A stretch of 54,783 bases of DNA from a virus (Duplodnaviria > Caudoviricetes). The stretch lies in the IMG/VR virus record IMGVR_UViG_3300023179_003650, positions 1 to 54,783 of that record, one strand, 5' to 3'. Below are positions 40,270 to 49,937 of this stretch, piece by piece. The notes below the pieces were generated by a model that had not been told where the DNA came from, searched no databases, and saw only the letters and a program-made list of their open reading frames with translations. The position numbers were made by a program, and so were the translations under genes. Position 1 is the first letter of the stretch; the number at the start of each line of letters is the position of its first letter.

Positions 40270-40590
40270 ATGAAACATAAAGAATTAAGAAAAATAATTA
40301 GCGAAGAAATTCGTTTTGTATTAATGGAAGGCGATGTAATTCCAACAGGCCCTGACGGACAAAAAATAACAAATCCAAAAGTTATAAAAGGATTAAATAC
40401 TGCATTAAAATCAGTAGATTCGTCAATTCGAACAAAATTAATACAATTAATTGAAGACCCAGGTTCAGCGAAATCATTAAATAGCGCAGATAAAAGAGCT
40501 TCAATGATTGCTGCAATTGCAATTGCATTTGGAATGAGTGATCAAGAATTTGGTCAAATAATTACTAAAGTAAAATCATATTTAGCTTAA
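40270..40590 (+). CDS. Hypothetical protein, possibly internal head protein
   Basis: Start moved from 40237 to ATG 40270, which follows TATTTATT (40246) and AAAGGT; KELRKIISEE...LME. Confidence 0.65.
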   Translation: MKHKELRKIISEEIRFVLMEGDVIPTGPDGQKITNPKVIKGLNTALKSVDSSIRTKLIQLIEDPGSAKSLNSADKRASMIAAIAIAFGMSDQEFGQIITKVKSYLA

Positions 40591-40591
40591 T

Positions 40592-40858
40592 ATGAAACCT
40601 TATACGCAAACAATTAACGGAAATAAAATTCTTCGTGAATTTGCACATGATACTGATTCTCATGAATTGATATGGCATCGAGATAAAAAGGATCGTATAG
40701 TTCGTGTATTAGAGGGAAATGGATGGAAATTTCAATTAGATAACATGTTACCTATATTATTACATGAAGGACAAGAGATATTTATTCCTAAAGAAACGTT
40801 TCATAGAGTTATAAAAGGAACAAATACTCTTAAAATAGAAATAACAGAAAAGGATTAA
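40592..40858 (+). CDS. Small cupin-fold protein
   Basis: WHRD...VLEG and IFIPKETFHRV cupin motifs. Confidence 0.75.
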   Translation: MKPYTQTINGNKILREFAHDTDSHELIWHRDKKDRIVRVLEGNGWKFQLDNMLPILLHEGQEIFIPKETFHRVIKGTNTLKIEITEKD

Positions 40859-40925
40859 AATGAATTTTAGAGAACAATCATATTATAAAAATTTTCAAAA
40901 ATATTTATAAAAATAAATAATATAT

Positions 40926-40960
40926 AAAATGGCTCTTATTGTAAAATTCGAGCCATTTTT
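40926..40960 (+). terminator. Intrinsic terminator-like hairpin
   Basis: AAAATGGCTC / GAGCCATTTT inverted repeat with a T-run. Confidence 0.65.
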
Positions 40961-40991
40961 ACTGGACCTATATTTATAATAAAGAAATACT

Positions 40992-41300
40992 ATGCCTTTA
41001 ATTAAACCAGTATTAGAAGCACAAATATTTTCTGCATTACAGGAATTATTTAATAACACTTCAGATCCTCCCATAGTAGCACAAAAAAAGATTGCAACTA
41101 AATTAGCAAATGCAATTGATGCATATATTAAATCTGCTACAATAATTGTACCGCCTGGTCAAGTGATTCAAGGCATTAATGCTCCGGGTCAAGTAGTGGT
41201 AGGCGGCAGTCCTGCAGGCCCCGTAGCAGGATCAACAACGACTCCTGGTACTGTTGCCGGCGCGACATCCGCTCCTTCGCCTCCCGCTCAAATATCATAA
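40992..41300 (+). CDS. Small putative virion protein
   Basis: Helical N-half and P/G/A/T-rich C-half; late motif at 40971. Confidence 0.6.
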   Translation: MPLIKPVLEAQIFSALQELFNNTSDPPIVAQKKIATKLANAIDAYIKSATIIVPPGQVIQGINAPGQVVVGGSPAGPVAGSTTTPGTVAGATSAPSPPAQIS

Positions 41301-41303
41301 TTT

Positions 41304-42899
41304 ATGGAAGGAAAAACATTAAAAGAAATAATACGTAGCGAATATACAAAATGTGCGGCAGACCCCGTACATTTTATGAGAAAATATTGTTATATTCAAC
41401 ATCCAAAAAAAGGAAAAATACTTTTTCATTTATATCCTTTTCAAGAAAATTCATTAACTGCTCTTAAGAATTTTGATTATAATATTATTCTTAAGTCTCG
41501 ACAGTTAGGCATATCTTCATTAACTGCGGGATATGCTTTATGGTTAATGACATTTCATCAAGATAAAAATATTTTAGTTATTGCTACAACGCAAGAAGTA
41601 GCAAAAAACTTAGTAACTAAAGTAAGGGTCATGAATGAAAATTTACCTTCGTGGTTAAAGCCAGTAGCGATAGAAGATAATAAATTATCATTACGATTTA
41701 AAAATGGTTCGCAAATTAAAGCAGTATCTAGTGCAAGCACATCCGGTCGTTCAGAAGCATTATCTCTTTTGATTATTGACGAGGCTGCTTTTATTGATAG
41801 AATTGAAGAAATTTGGGGTTCTGCTCAACAAACATTAGCAACCGGTGGTCAAGCTATAATTTTATCTACTCCTAATGGTACTGGTAACTTTTTCCATAAA
41901 ACATGGGCAGGTGCTGAAGAAAAAACTAATCCATTTAATACTATTAAATTGCATTGGACGGTGCATCCCGAGCGAAATGAATCTTGGAGAAAGAGACAAG
42001 ATGAATTGTTAGGACCACGTATGGCAGCACAGGAATGTGATTGCGATTTTGTATCATCCGGAGCTACGGTTATTGATGGACCTATATTAAAATGGTATGA
42101 TGAGACTTACGTAAAAGATCCTGAAAGCCGTAGAGGGTTCGATGGAAATTTATGGATATGGAATTATCCAGATTATAGTAAAACATACGTAGTAGTAGCT
42201 GACGTTGCTCGTGGGGATAGTTCCGATTATTCTGCTTTTCATGTATTAGACGTTACTACAATGGAACAAGTAGCAGAATATAAAGGGCAATTATCAACAA
42301 AAGATTACGGTAATATGTTAGTAGGTATTGCAACGGAATATAATGATGCAATGCTTGTAATTGAAAATGCTAATATTGGATGGGCGGCTATTCAACAAGT
42401 ACTTGATAGAGGTTATAAAAATCTTTATTACAGTACAAGAGATACTGGCTTTGCTGAAATAAATCAACAGTTAACTAAAATGGTTGATTTAAAAGACCAA
42501 TCGCAATTAGTGCCAGGATTTACTACATCGGCTCGTACACGTCCATTAATTATATCCAAGCTTGAAGAATATATGCGAGAGCAAGTACCTATTATACGTA
42601 GTAAACGCTTAATACAAGAGTTATATACCTTTATATGGAAAGGCTCTAGAGCAGAAGCTCAAGACGGATATAATGATGACTTAGTAATGTCTTTTGGAAT
42701 TGCTTTATGGATACGAGATACTGCTATTCGATTAAAACAAGAAGGAATGGATTTAAATAGAAAGTCATTGGATTACATGGTAAAGTATTCAGGTAATCAT
42801 GGTACTGGAGTTTATAATTCTCGTAATATAGGTAGTTCTAATCCATGGCAAATGAAAACGGGCGACGGCAATGAAGATATAACATGGTTAATCAAATAA
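41304..42899 (+). CDS. gp17: Terminase large subunit (T4 gp17-like)
   Basis: LYPFQ, KSRQLG, IIDEAAFI, STPNG, VADVARG..DYSA and DDLVM motifs. Confidence 0.95.
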   Translation: MEGKTLKEIIRSEYTKCAADPVHFMRKYCYIQHPKKGKILFHLYPFQENSLTALKNFDYNIILKSRQLGISSLTAGYALWLMTFHQDKNILVIATTQEVAKNLVTKVRVMNENLPSWLKPVAIEDNKLSLRFKNGSQIKAVSSASTSGRSEALSLLIIDEAAFIDRIEEIWGSAQQTLATGGQAIILSTPNGTGNFFHKTWAGAEEKTNPFNTIKLHWTVHPERNESWRKRQDELLGPRMAAQECDCDFVSSGATVIDGPILKWYDETYVKDPESRRGFDGNLWIWNYPDYSKTYVVVADVARGDSSDYSAFHVLDVTTMEQVAEYKGQLSTKDYGNMLVGIATEYNDAMLVIENANIGWAAIQQVLDRGYKNLYYSTRDTGFAEINQQLTKMVDLKDQSQLVPGFTTSARTRPLIISKLEEYMREQVPIIRSKRLIQELYTFIWKGSRAEAQDGYNDDLVMSFGIALWIRDTAIRLKQEGMDLNRKSLDYMVKYSGNHGTGVYNSRNIGSSNPWQMKTGDGNEDITWLIK

Positions 42900-42927
42900 T
42901 TACATATTTATATTAAAAATATATTAA

Positions 42928-45891
42928 ATGGATACATCATTAACGGCCAGGCTTAAACGATTATTTAGTTCAAATGTAGTAATTCGTAGAGTCGGTAAAC
43001 ATAAATTAAAAGTAATTGATGGCGATCATATGCAGTCGGTTGGCTCTAGAACCAACACTGGATATGTTGATAGATATACTAGATTACATGGCACTCGCCA
43101 ACATACGTATACTACCTATTCTCCGCACCATAATTATTACAGTTCAAAATTAGAATTGTATACAGAATATGAAACAATGGATATGGATTCTATTATTGCA
43201 TCTGCATTAGATATCTATTCTGACGAGACTGTATTAAAAGATGAACGTGGCAGTGTTTTATCAATTAAAAGTGAAGATGAAAATTTACAAAAAATATTAG
43301 AAAATTTATTTTTTGATATTTTAAATATAGATTTTAATTTATGGCCATGGGTTCGTAATTTAGTTAAATACGGAGACTTTTATTTAATATTGGATGTTCA
43401 AGACGATATTGGTATTGTTAACGTAACTCCTTTTTCTGCATACGAAATTATTCGTGAAGAAAATTATGATTTAAATAATCCATATGCAGTTCGATTTAAG
43501 TTAATGAATTCTGGTAATAAAATATTAGAAAATTATGAAGTAGCCCATTTTCGTTTATTAAATGATTCAAACTTTTTACCATATGGTAAATCAATGTTAG
43601 AACCTGCTCGTAAGGTATGGAAGCAGTTAACGTTGATGGAAGATGCGATGATGATACATCGTATTATGAGAGCGCCTGAAAAACGTATTTTTAAAGTAGA
43701 TATAGGAAATATTCCTCCTAATGAAGTTGACGGTTTTATGCAAAAAATTGTCAACCAAATGAAAAAGACTCCTTTTATGGACGATAAAACGGGTGATTAT
43801 AATCTTAAGTTCAATTTAATGAATATGCTCGAAGATTATTATCTACCAGTTCGCGGAGGCCAATCAGGTACGGAAATTGATACATTATCAGGAATGGAAT
43901 TTACCGGTATTGATGATATTGAGTATTTACGTAATAGAATGATGGCTGCTCTTAAAGTGCCTAAATCATTTTTAGGATACGAAGAAGGATTGTGTATATC
44001 ACCGGATACATTAATTCCGTTATTATCGGGAGAAGAAAAAACAGTACACCAAATAATACATGATTACGAAAATGGTATAAAAAATTATGTTTATTCTATA
44101 GACGAAGAAACAAAATTAATCGTACCAGGCGAAATCGAATGGGCCGGATTTACTAGAAAAAATGCAAAAATAGTACGCGTACATTTAGATAACAGAAAAT
44201 ATATTGATTGTACACCGGATCATAATTTCTTAACTCGAGACGGTAAATGGGTCGAAGCACAAGATTTATTAGAAGGTCAGCCATTAATGCCTTTATATAC
44301 AAGAGAATCGACACAGAAGAATATATCAAAATATACGGAAGTTTATCATCCGGGCACTAATAATTGGGAAATGGTTCATAGATTAGTAGCTAATTATTAT
44401 GGTATTAAACAAAAAGGAAAAGTTATTCATCATAAAGATTTAAATAAATGGAATAATACACCAGAAAATTTAGATGGTTCGATGAACTTTTTTGAACATA
44501 GAAAATTTCATCATGAATTAGCTAAGCAAGGCAATCATTCAAAAGCTATGCTAGAATATAGAAATTCTGATCATATTAAAATAAATGCTAGCGTTAACGG
44601 CAAAAAAGGCGGTCTTATATCTGGCAAAAAATTAGCACAATGGGTTAAAGAAAATGGGCCTGTTAATAAAGGCGTACGTACGTTAGATTATATCAAATGT
44701 AAAAATTGTAAAACATTAAATTATAACAAACAATATTGTAATCCGATATGTTGGGGCGAATTTAATAAAGGAAAAACGTATAATTGTAAATTTAATAATA
44801 TATCATACGATCAATTAATTGAAACCGCTAATTATAGCGTATCATTTAAAGATTTAGAAAACAAATTAGATATTACTAGAAATACATTAAATCGAATATT
44901 CGATAAATTTGAATTAGATAGATATAATTTTGTTCAAGAATATATGCCTTTAGCTAAAAATAATAAAGGATTTATAAATAATTTTAAAGGAGAATATGCT
45001 AATCATAAAGTGGTTAGTATAGAATTCTTAAACGAACAAATTGATACATGTGATATAACTGTAACGAAATTTCATAATTTTGCAACTTCAGCCGGGGTTA
45101 TCATACATAACTCGGGTAAAGCTACGTTAGCCGCAGAAGATATTCGTTTTGCACGTACTATTGAAAGAATTCAACGTATTGTATTAAGTGAATTAACGAA
45201 GATTGCAATTATACATTTATATTCTCAAGGATATGAAGGTGCAGATTTATTGAATTTTGAATTAGATATGACTGCCCCGTCAGTTATATATGAACAAGAA
45301 AAAATTGTATTATATAATTCAAAAGTAGATTTAGCAAAGAATATGCAAGATGCAAATTTAATGCCTAGAGAATGGATATATAAAAATATTTTTCAATTCT
45401 CTGACAAAGATATCGAAACTATCTCAGTTCAAATGGCTGAAGATAATAAACAGACATGGAGATTAGAAAAAATTAAATCTGACGGCGAAGATCCAATGAA
45501 TCCTCCGGCTCCGGTTGAAGCACCTGCAGCAGGAAGCGCTTCTACAGGTTCGGCAGCGCCAGGAGCAGAAACTAGTCCCACAGCAACTACGGCAACTGAA
45601 AGTTATACTAGAACAGTTAATGCAGGTAATGGCGATTATAAAATGCCAAAAGATGGATGGCCGGGTGCGGGTCGACCAGAAGAACCAATGAAATATAATT
45701 CACATGAACATCCTAGAGGATATGATCCGTTAGGTAGTCGTGCGCTTAAAAAAGCATATAAGGGCGGAATGAATTATGAGTCGGTAAATGCTTTAACTAA
45801 ACTAATGCCTAAAAAGAAAATAAATAAAGGAATTATAAAAGAAAATACTTCGTTTTTAGACGAAAATAATCTATTATCAGAAGATATTTAA
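42928..45891 (+). CDS. gp20: Portal protein (T4 gp20-like) containing an intein
   Basis: EDAMMIHRIMRAPEKRIFKVDIGN, EDYYLPVRGG..TEIDTL, ALKVPKSFL and EDIRFARTIERIQ motifs. Confidence 0.93.
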   Translation: MDTSLTARLKRLFSSNVVIRRVGKHKLKVIDGDHMQSVGSRTNTGYVDRYTRLHGTRQHTYTTYSPHHNYYSSKLELYTEYETMDMDSIIASALDIYSDETVLKDERGSVLSIKSEDENLQKILENLFFDILNIDFNLWPWVRNLVKYGDFYLILDVQDDIGIVNVTPFSAYEIIREENYDLNNPYAVRFKLMNSGNKILENYEVAHFRLLNDSNFLPYGKSMLEPARKVWKQLTLMEDAMMIHRIMRAPEKRIFKVDIGNIPPNEVDGFMQKIVNQMKKTPFMDDKTGDYNLKFNLMNMLEDYYLPVRGGQSGTEIDTLSGMEFTGIDDIEYLRNRMMAALKVPKSFLGYEEGLCISPDTLIPLLSGEEKTVHQIIHDYENGIKNYVYSIDEETKLIVPGEIEWAGFTRKNAKIVRVHLDNRKYIDCTPDHNFLTRDGKWVEAQDLLEGQPLMPLYTRESTQKNISKYTEVYHPGTNNWEMVHRLVANYYGIKQKGKVIHHKDLNKWNNTPENLDGSMNFFEHRKFHHELAKQGNHSKAMLEYRNSDHIKINASVNGKKGGLISGKKLAQWVKENGPVNKGVRTLDYIKCKNCKTLNYNKQYCNPICWGEFNKGKTYNCKFNNISYDQLIETANYSVSFKDLENKLDITRNTLNRIFDKFELDRYNFVQEYMPLAKNNKGFINNFKGEYANHKVVSIEFLNEQIDTCDITVTKFHNFATSAGVIIHNSGKATLAAEDIRFARTIERIQRIVLSELTKIAIIHLYSQGYEGADLLNFELDMTAPSVIYEQEKIVLYNSKVDLAKNMQDANLMPREWIYKNIFQFSDKDIETISVQMAEDNKQTWRLEKIKSDGEDPMNPPAPVEAPAAGSASTGSAAPGAETSPTATTATESYTRTVNAGNGDYKMPKDGWPGAGRPEEPMKYNSHEHPRGYDPLGSRALKKAYKGGMNYESVNALTKLMPKKKINKGIIKENTSFLDENNLLSEDI
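43993..45111 (+). mobile_element. Intein (373 aa) with internal HNH endonuclease
   Basis: Starts CISPDTLI (block A), CTPDHNF (block B), ends FHNFATSAGVIIHN with Ser at +1; internal VHRLVA...IHHKDLNKWNNTPENL HNH motif. Confidence 0.93.
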
Positions 45892-45936
45892 AACTTATAA
45901 TTTCAATATTTATTATTAAAACAAGTGTGGACTTTA

Positions 45937-46782
45937 ATGAAAAGTATAAAACATTCGAAAATAAAAAACACTGGATTAATATTTGAATTATTAGTTCGGC
46001 AAATAGCGTCAGATACTTTAAATAATAAAGAATCTAAAGCCATACCTATTCTTAAAAAATATTTTAATAAGAATACCGAACTATCAAAAGAACTCAATTT
46101 ATATAAATCTTTAACTTCTGAAAAATTTAATAAGGAAGAAAAAGCAAATGCTTTAATTGAAGCGGTACTTAAGTCACATAGACAACTTAATAGTGCTGCA
46201 TTATCTAAACAAAAATATAATTTAGTTAAAGATATCAATGAAGTATTTGGAGTAGATGCTTTTTTTAGTTCAAAAGTTAATGAATATAAGGTATTAGCAT
46301 CTGTATATAAAATATTAGAATATAGCGAAGCTGATTCTCCTATAGAAATAGTAAATTCAAAATATACTATTATCGAGTATATCACGGGTAAAGAAATTAT
46401 AAAGGAAGAAATAAGTGAAGAATTAAAAACATTTATTTCAGAAGATAAAGACGTACGTTTAACAGCATATAAGTATTTAGTTAATAAATTTAATAATAAG
46501 TATAATACATTAGATACGAAACAGAAAAATTTATTGCGCGAATATATTAATAATGTATCTTCAACAGACGAATTAACTACATATGTAGTTAATGAAATAC
46601 ATGATATGTTAAAAGTATTACAAGTTTATAATAAAAAAGTAGATTCGCCAGTAGTAAAGATTAAATTAAATGAAGTATCGAATTTACTTAAATCTATGTC
46701 TAATGTAAAGTCAGTAAATGATAACCATATATTATCGTTACTTAGATATTATGAACTATTAAAAGAATTAAAGAAGGTATAA
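45937..46782 (+). CDS. Head-region hypothetical protein
   Basis: Start moved to ATG 45937 (MKSIKHSK), downstream of TATTTATT at 45907; lies between portal and protease. Confidence 0.75.
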   Translation: MKSIKHSKIKNTGLIFELLVRQIASDTLNNKESKAIPILKKYFNKNTELSKELNLYKSLTSEKFNKEEKANALIEAVLKSHRQLNSAALSKQKYNLVKDINEVFGVDAFFSSKVNEYKVLASVYKILEYSEADSPIEIVNSKYTIIEYITGKEIIKEEISEELKTFISEDKDVRLTAYKYLVNKFNNKYNTLDTKQKNLLREYINNVSSTDELTTYVVNEIHDMLKVLQVYNKKVDSPVVKIKLNEVSNLLKSMSNVKSVNDNHILSLLRYYELLKELKKV

Positions 46783-46783
46783 T

Positions 46784-47065
46784 ATGCCAAAATATCAAGG
46801 ACCAAATCCAATATCAGGGCCATATAGCGTTCCTAACGGAAGAACAATGTTAGGCGGCGGCAAATATGAACGAATCGTTTCTCAATCCGCTACATTTATA
46901 TGCACTGGCTCTTTTGGAGGCGTGGCTGCAGTATCTACGTTAGGAGGATGTACAGTTACATTAACGGGAGGTGGTATATTAACATTACCGTCAAATACTA
47001 TCGTACCAGTAGAAGTTTCAGTATACAGTATTACTGCAGGATCTGCAGCATTATATTATAGATAA
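46784..47065 (+). CDS. Small beta-rich protein, possibly head decoration
   Basis: 93-aa G/S/T-rich ORF in the head module. Confidence 0.55.
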   Translation: MPKYQGPNPISGPYSVPNGRTMLGGGKYERIVSQSATFICTGSFGGVAAVSTLGGCTVTLTGGGILTLPSNTIVPVEVSVYSITAGSAALYYR

Positions 47066-47066
47066 T

Positions 47067-47606
47067 ATGAGTTATTTAAATAGCATAAAAAAACGTTTAG
47101 ACGAATGCTCGTGTCAAACTAATATACGAGAAGAAGACGAAATCGAAGAAATTTCCGATTCAGGTGCAGTAGCTCCAATAGCTACTCCATATGCTTTTGG
47201 AAATGCTGATGATGACACAATTGAAATGGACGGTTTTAAAAAAGTAACGAAAAAGAAAATAAATACTCAAAGCGAATCTGTATTTGCTAAAATGAGTAAA
47301 GAGCTTTATATTAATGAAGTATCATATAAGGATTATAAAGAATATCCTGGTATGAGTTCTAAAAAGAAAATAAATACCGCTATTCAAGAATGTAATTCTG
47401 CATTATATCAAATAGAAAGATTCCTTAAACAAAATAGAAAGTTGCGTGAAGAAGAAGGAATTGGTAACGATCAATATTGGAAATCAACAGCTATTAAATT
47501 AGTTAAAATGGATGAAAGATTAAAAAATCTTCGTCAAGAAATTAAAAACTTTGGATTAAAAGAAATGTTGATGCGTATACAAGAAGAGGAAAATAATAAC
47601 ATATGA
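47067..47606 (+). CDS. Hypothetical head-associated protein
   Basis: EEISDSGAVAPIATPYAF motif; LDE, IRE and INE linkers. Confidence 0.65.
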   Translation: MSYLNSIKKRLDECSCQTNIREEDEIEEISDSGAVAPIATPYAFGNADDDTIEMDGFKKVTKKKINTQSESVFAKMSKELYINEVSYKDYKEYPGMSSKKKINTAIQECNSALYQIERFLKQNRKLREEEGIGNDQYWKSTAIKLVKMDERLKNLRQEIKNFGLKEMLMRIQEEENNNI

Positions 47607-48199
47607 AAAATTTACTTATAGATTATATAACGTTTGATGTAACCCCTCAAATGGTTGCTGAGTCGATGGAAAAGAACGGCGGCCGATTAATTGTGTATGG
47701 AGTATTACAACGTGCCGAAGCTAAAAATCAAAACGGCCGCGTTTATCCTCGTCCTATATTAGAGCGTGAAGTAGAAAAATATTTAACTGAAAGCGTTAAA
47801 CAACGTAGAGCGTTAGGGGAACTAGACCACCCAGATTCTTCTATTATAAATTTAAATAACGTATCACATAATATTGTTGATATGGAATGGAAAGGAAATG
47901 ATTTAGTAGGTAAAGTAGAAGTATTAACTACTCCGGCAGGAAATATATTAAGAGAATTATTTAGAGCGGGTATTAAATTAGGTATTAGTTCAAGAGGAAT
48001 GGGAAGTGTTAAACAATTAGATGAACGTACGGTTGAAGTACAAGACGATTTTGAACTTATAGCATTTGACTTCGTTTCTAATCCGTCGACATATGGAGCG
48101 TTTTTACATCCTATGCACGAGTCAGCAGGCCACCGTTTCGTGGATAAATACGAAAATGTAAATAAAATTATTACTGATATATTAACAGGGTTTAATTAA
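47603..48199 (+). CDS. gp21: Prohead core protease (T4 gp21-like)
   Basis: NQNGRVYP, ALGELDHP, VSH, GISSRGMGS and DFVSNPS motifs. Confidence 0.93.
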   Translation: MKNLLIDYITFDVTPQMVAESMEKNGGRLIVYGVLQRAEAKNQNGRVYPRPILEREVEKYLTESVKQRRALGELDHPDSSIINLNNVSHNIVDMEWKGNDLVGKVEVLTTPAGNILRELFRAGIKLGISSRGMGSVKQLDERTVEVQDDFELIAFDFVSNPSTYGAFLHPMHESAGHRFVDKYENVNKIITDILTGFN

Positions 48200-48558
48200 T
48201 GAAACTTAAAAATCTTTTAAAAGAAGTATCAATATCAGAACCACCTGAATCAGTATTAAAGGGGGCATTGGATATATTTCGTAAACAAACAAATTTACCT
48301 GTCGCTACCCCTACTATTGTAAAAAGTACTCCGTCATTTATATCTTATAAATCTTCATTAGGTAAATTTATTACGGGCGCATTAATGCCATTAGTAGTTG
48401 ATGCCGCTAATTTATTGATAATTGTAACTCCTTCAAAAAATTCAATAGGTGGTTATAAATTTCAATTTTATGCTAAAATACAAACAAAAGACGGTAAAGA
48501 AACCGGAGGGCTTCTTTTAACCGTATTATACGTAAATAATAAATTTAGGGTAATGTAA
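48199..48558 (+). CDS. Putative internal head protein
   Basis: Starts MKLKNLLKE, resembling a capsid-targeting propeptide. Confidence 0.6.
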   Translation: MKLKNLLKEVSISEPPESVLKGALDIFRKQTNLPVATPTIVKSTPSFISYKSSLGKFITGALMPLVVDAANLLIIVTPSKNSIGGYKFQFYAKIQTKDGKETGGLLLTVLYVNNKFRVM

Positions 48559-49523
48559 TGCCAGCAAAATCACAAGCACAACAAAAATTAATGGGACTTG
48601 CATTAGCAGTTAAACGTGGTAACGTACCTAAAAGTAAAGTATCAAAGCAAATACAGCAATTGGCTAAATCTATGTCTGAAAAAGACTTGAAAAAGTTTGC
48701 CGGTACAAAGCTTAAAGGATTACCTTCTAAATTAAAAGAAGTTGCGTCTGAATCTGATATGGAACAAATGGATACAGGTTCTTTATTAGGTATGCAACGT
48801 ATTATTGCTTTAACCGATGATCCTAAACAATATGAAGAATTAAATACATTATTAGGTATTGAATTAAGTAAGCGCGGCGTTAATTTAAGAAAGAAAACGG
48901 TTCCTAATAATATGTATTTAGGATATGCAGATAATAAATTAGGCAGTAATTTTCCGCAAAGAGAATCAAAAGGACAAGATATGAAATTAAAATCTATATT
49001 AAACAATATTAATGAAAATACGGAAGAGCAGGTTCAAATTTCCGAAGAACAAAAAAATGCTTTTTTAGAGCATATTAAATCATTTAATGTATTTGGTGAA
49101 GCTATTTATAGAAGCCAAAATATTATTGAAGCTTTAAAAGAAATTAAAAACATTGTTGAAACTGCCCATCATTTAACATTACAAGAAACTGGTGATTGGT
49201 TTGATAAAGTTACTGTAAATCGTCATATGAAACAATTAAAAGAGTCTTATAAGACTTTTGAAAAGACGGCAAACGAAATGTATACATTACAGCAACGTTT
49301 AGAAGCTTGTTATGAAGATATGGGAAATACATTAAATAAGTATTATAATATATCAGAAGATGCAGCTCCTAATTTGCAAGAAAAGGAAAGTGAATATCAA
49401 AAAACATTTTCTAAAGTAATGAAAAAAACGGGTATCGAATCTCCTGCGGATTTAGAATCGGAAAAACAAAAAAAGCAATTTTTTAATCAAGTTGCAAAAT
49501 CATATAAACCAAAAGAAAAATAA
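48558..49523 (+). CDS. Modular putative internal head protein (DUF3008-like N-terminus)
   Basis: MPAKSQAQQKLMGLALAVKRG...MSEKDLKKFA..LP; internal MKLKSILNNINE; several xxE linkers. Confidence 0.65.
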   Translation: MPAKSQAQQKLMGLALAVKRGNVPKSKVSKQIQQLAKSMSEKDLKKFAGTKLKGLPSKLKEVASESDMEQMDTGSLLGMQRIIALTDDPKQYEELNTLLGIELSKRGVNLRKKTVPNNMYLGYADNKLGSNFPQRESKGQDMKLKSILNNINENTEEQVQISEEQKNAFLEHIKSFNVFGEAIYRSQNIIEALKEIKNIVETAHHLTLQETGDWFDKVTVNRHMKQLKESYKTFEKTANEMYTLQQRLEACYEDMGNTLNKYYNISEDAAPNLQEKESEYQKTFSKVMKKTGIESPADLESEKQKKQFFNQVAKSYKPKEK

Positions 49524-49538
49524 TTTAAACAATTAGTT

Positions 49539-49775
49539 ATGAAAAAAAAGAATAAAAAACAAAGAATTTACGAAACAGAATTAGGTGGTTGCCACGTAAT
49601 GGTAGTAGAAAAAGATATTGAATTAGCTCTACGTATATTGAGACAAAAATTCAAATCTTCAGAAAAAGTAGAAATACTACGAGAACGTAAAGAATTCGTT
49701 AAACCGTCAGTTAAACGTAGAAAAGAAATTTTAGCTGCTGTATTTAATGAGCAGGTTAGAAATAGACAAAAATAA
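49539..49775 (+). CDS. rpsU: Phage-encoded ribosomal protein bS21
   Basis: DIELALRILRQKF...LRERKEFVKPSVKRRK matches the bS21 core; location between head genes fits reported bS21 phages. Confidence 0.85.
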   Translation: MKKKNKKQRIYETELGGCHVMVVEKDIELALRILRQKFKSSEKVEILRERKEFVKPSVKRRKEILAAVFNEQVRNRQK

Positions 49776-49781
49776 TATATA

Positions 49782-49814
49782 GTAAAAACTTCCAATCAAA
49801 AGGAAGTTTTTTAC
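49782..49814 (+). terminator. Intrinsic terminator after bS21
   Basis: GTAAAAACTTCC / GGAAGTTTTTTAC inverted repeat. Confidence 0.75.
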
Positions 49815-49824
49815 GTTATGCGTA

Positions 49825-49832
49825 TATTTATA
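49825..49832 (+). promoter_or_regulatory. Putative late promoter TATTTATA (representative copy)
   Basis: TATTTAT(A/T) also occurs at 5281, 6704, 8254, 23750, 24429, 26507, 28993, 33792, 40246, 40971, 42905, 45907 and 52701, each upstream of a start codon. Confidence 0.75.
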
Positions 49833-49937
49833 TTAAGTATGCCAAATATTTTATTTTATATATAAAATCGGCTTAAAAAAATTAACCCTTATTATAGTTT
49901 TAATAACTATATTTCCTGATTAAAATAGAGGGATTCA

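Noticed and set aside
40860-40979. Two 16-codon ORFs (MNFREQ..., MALIVK...)
   Set aside because: Too short, they overlap a terminator hairpin and promoter motifs, and no homology is recognisable.
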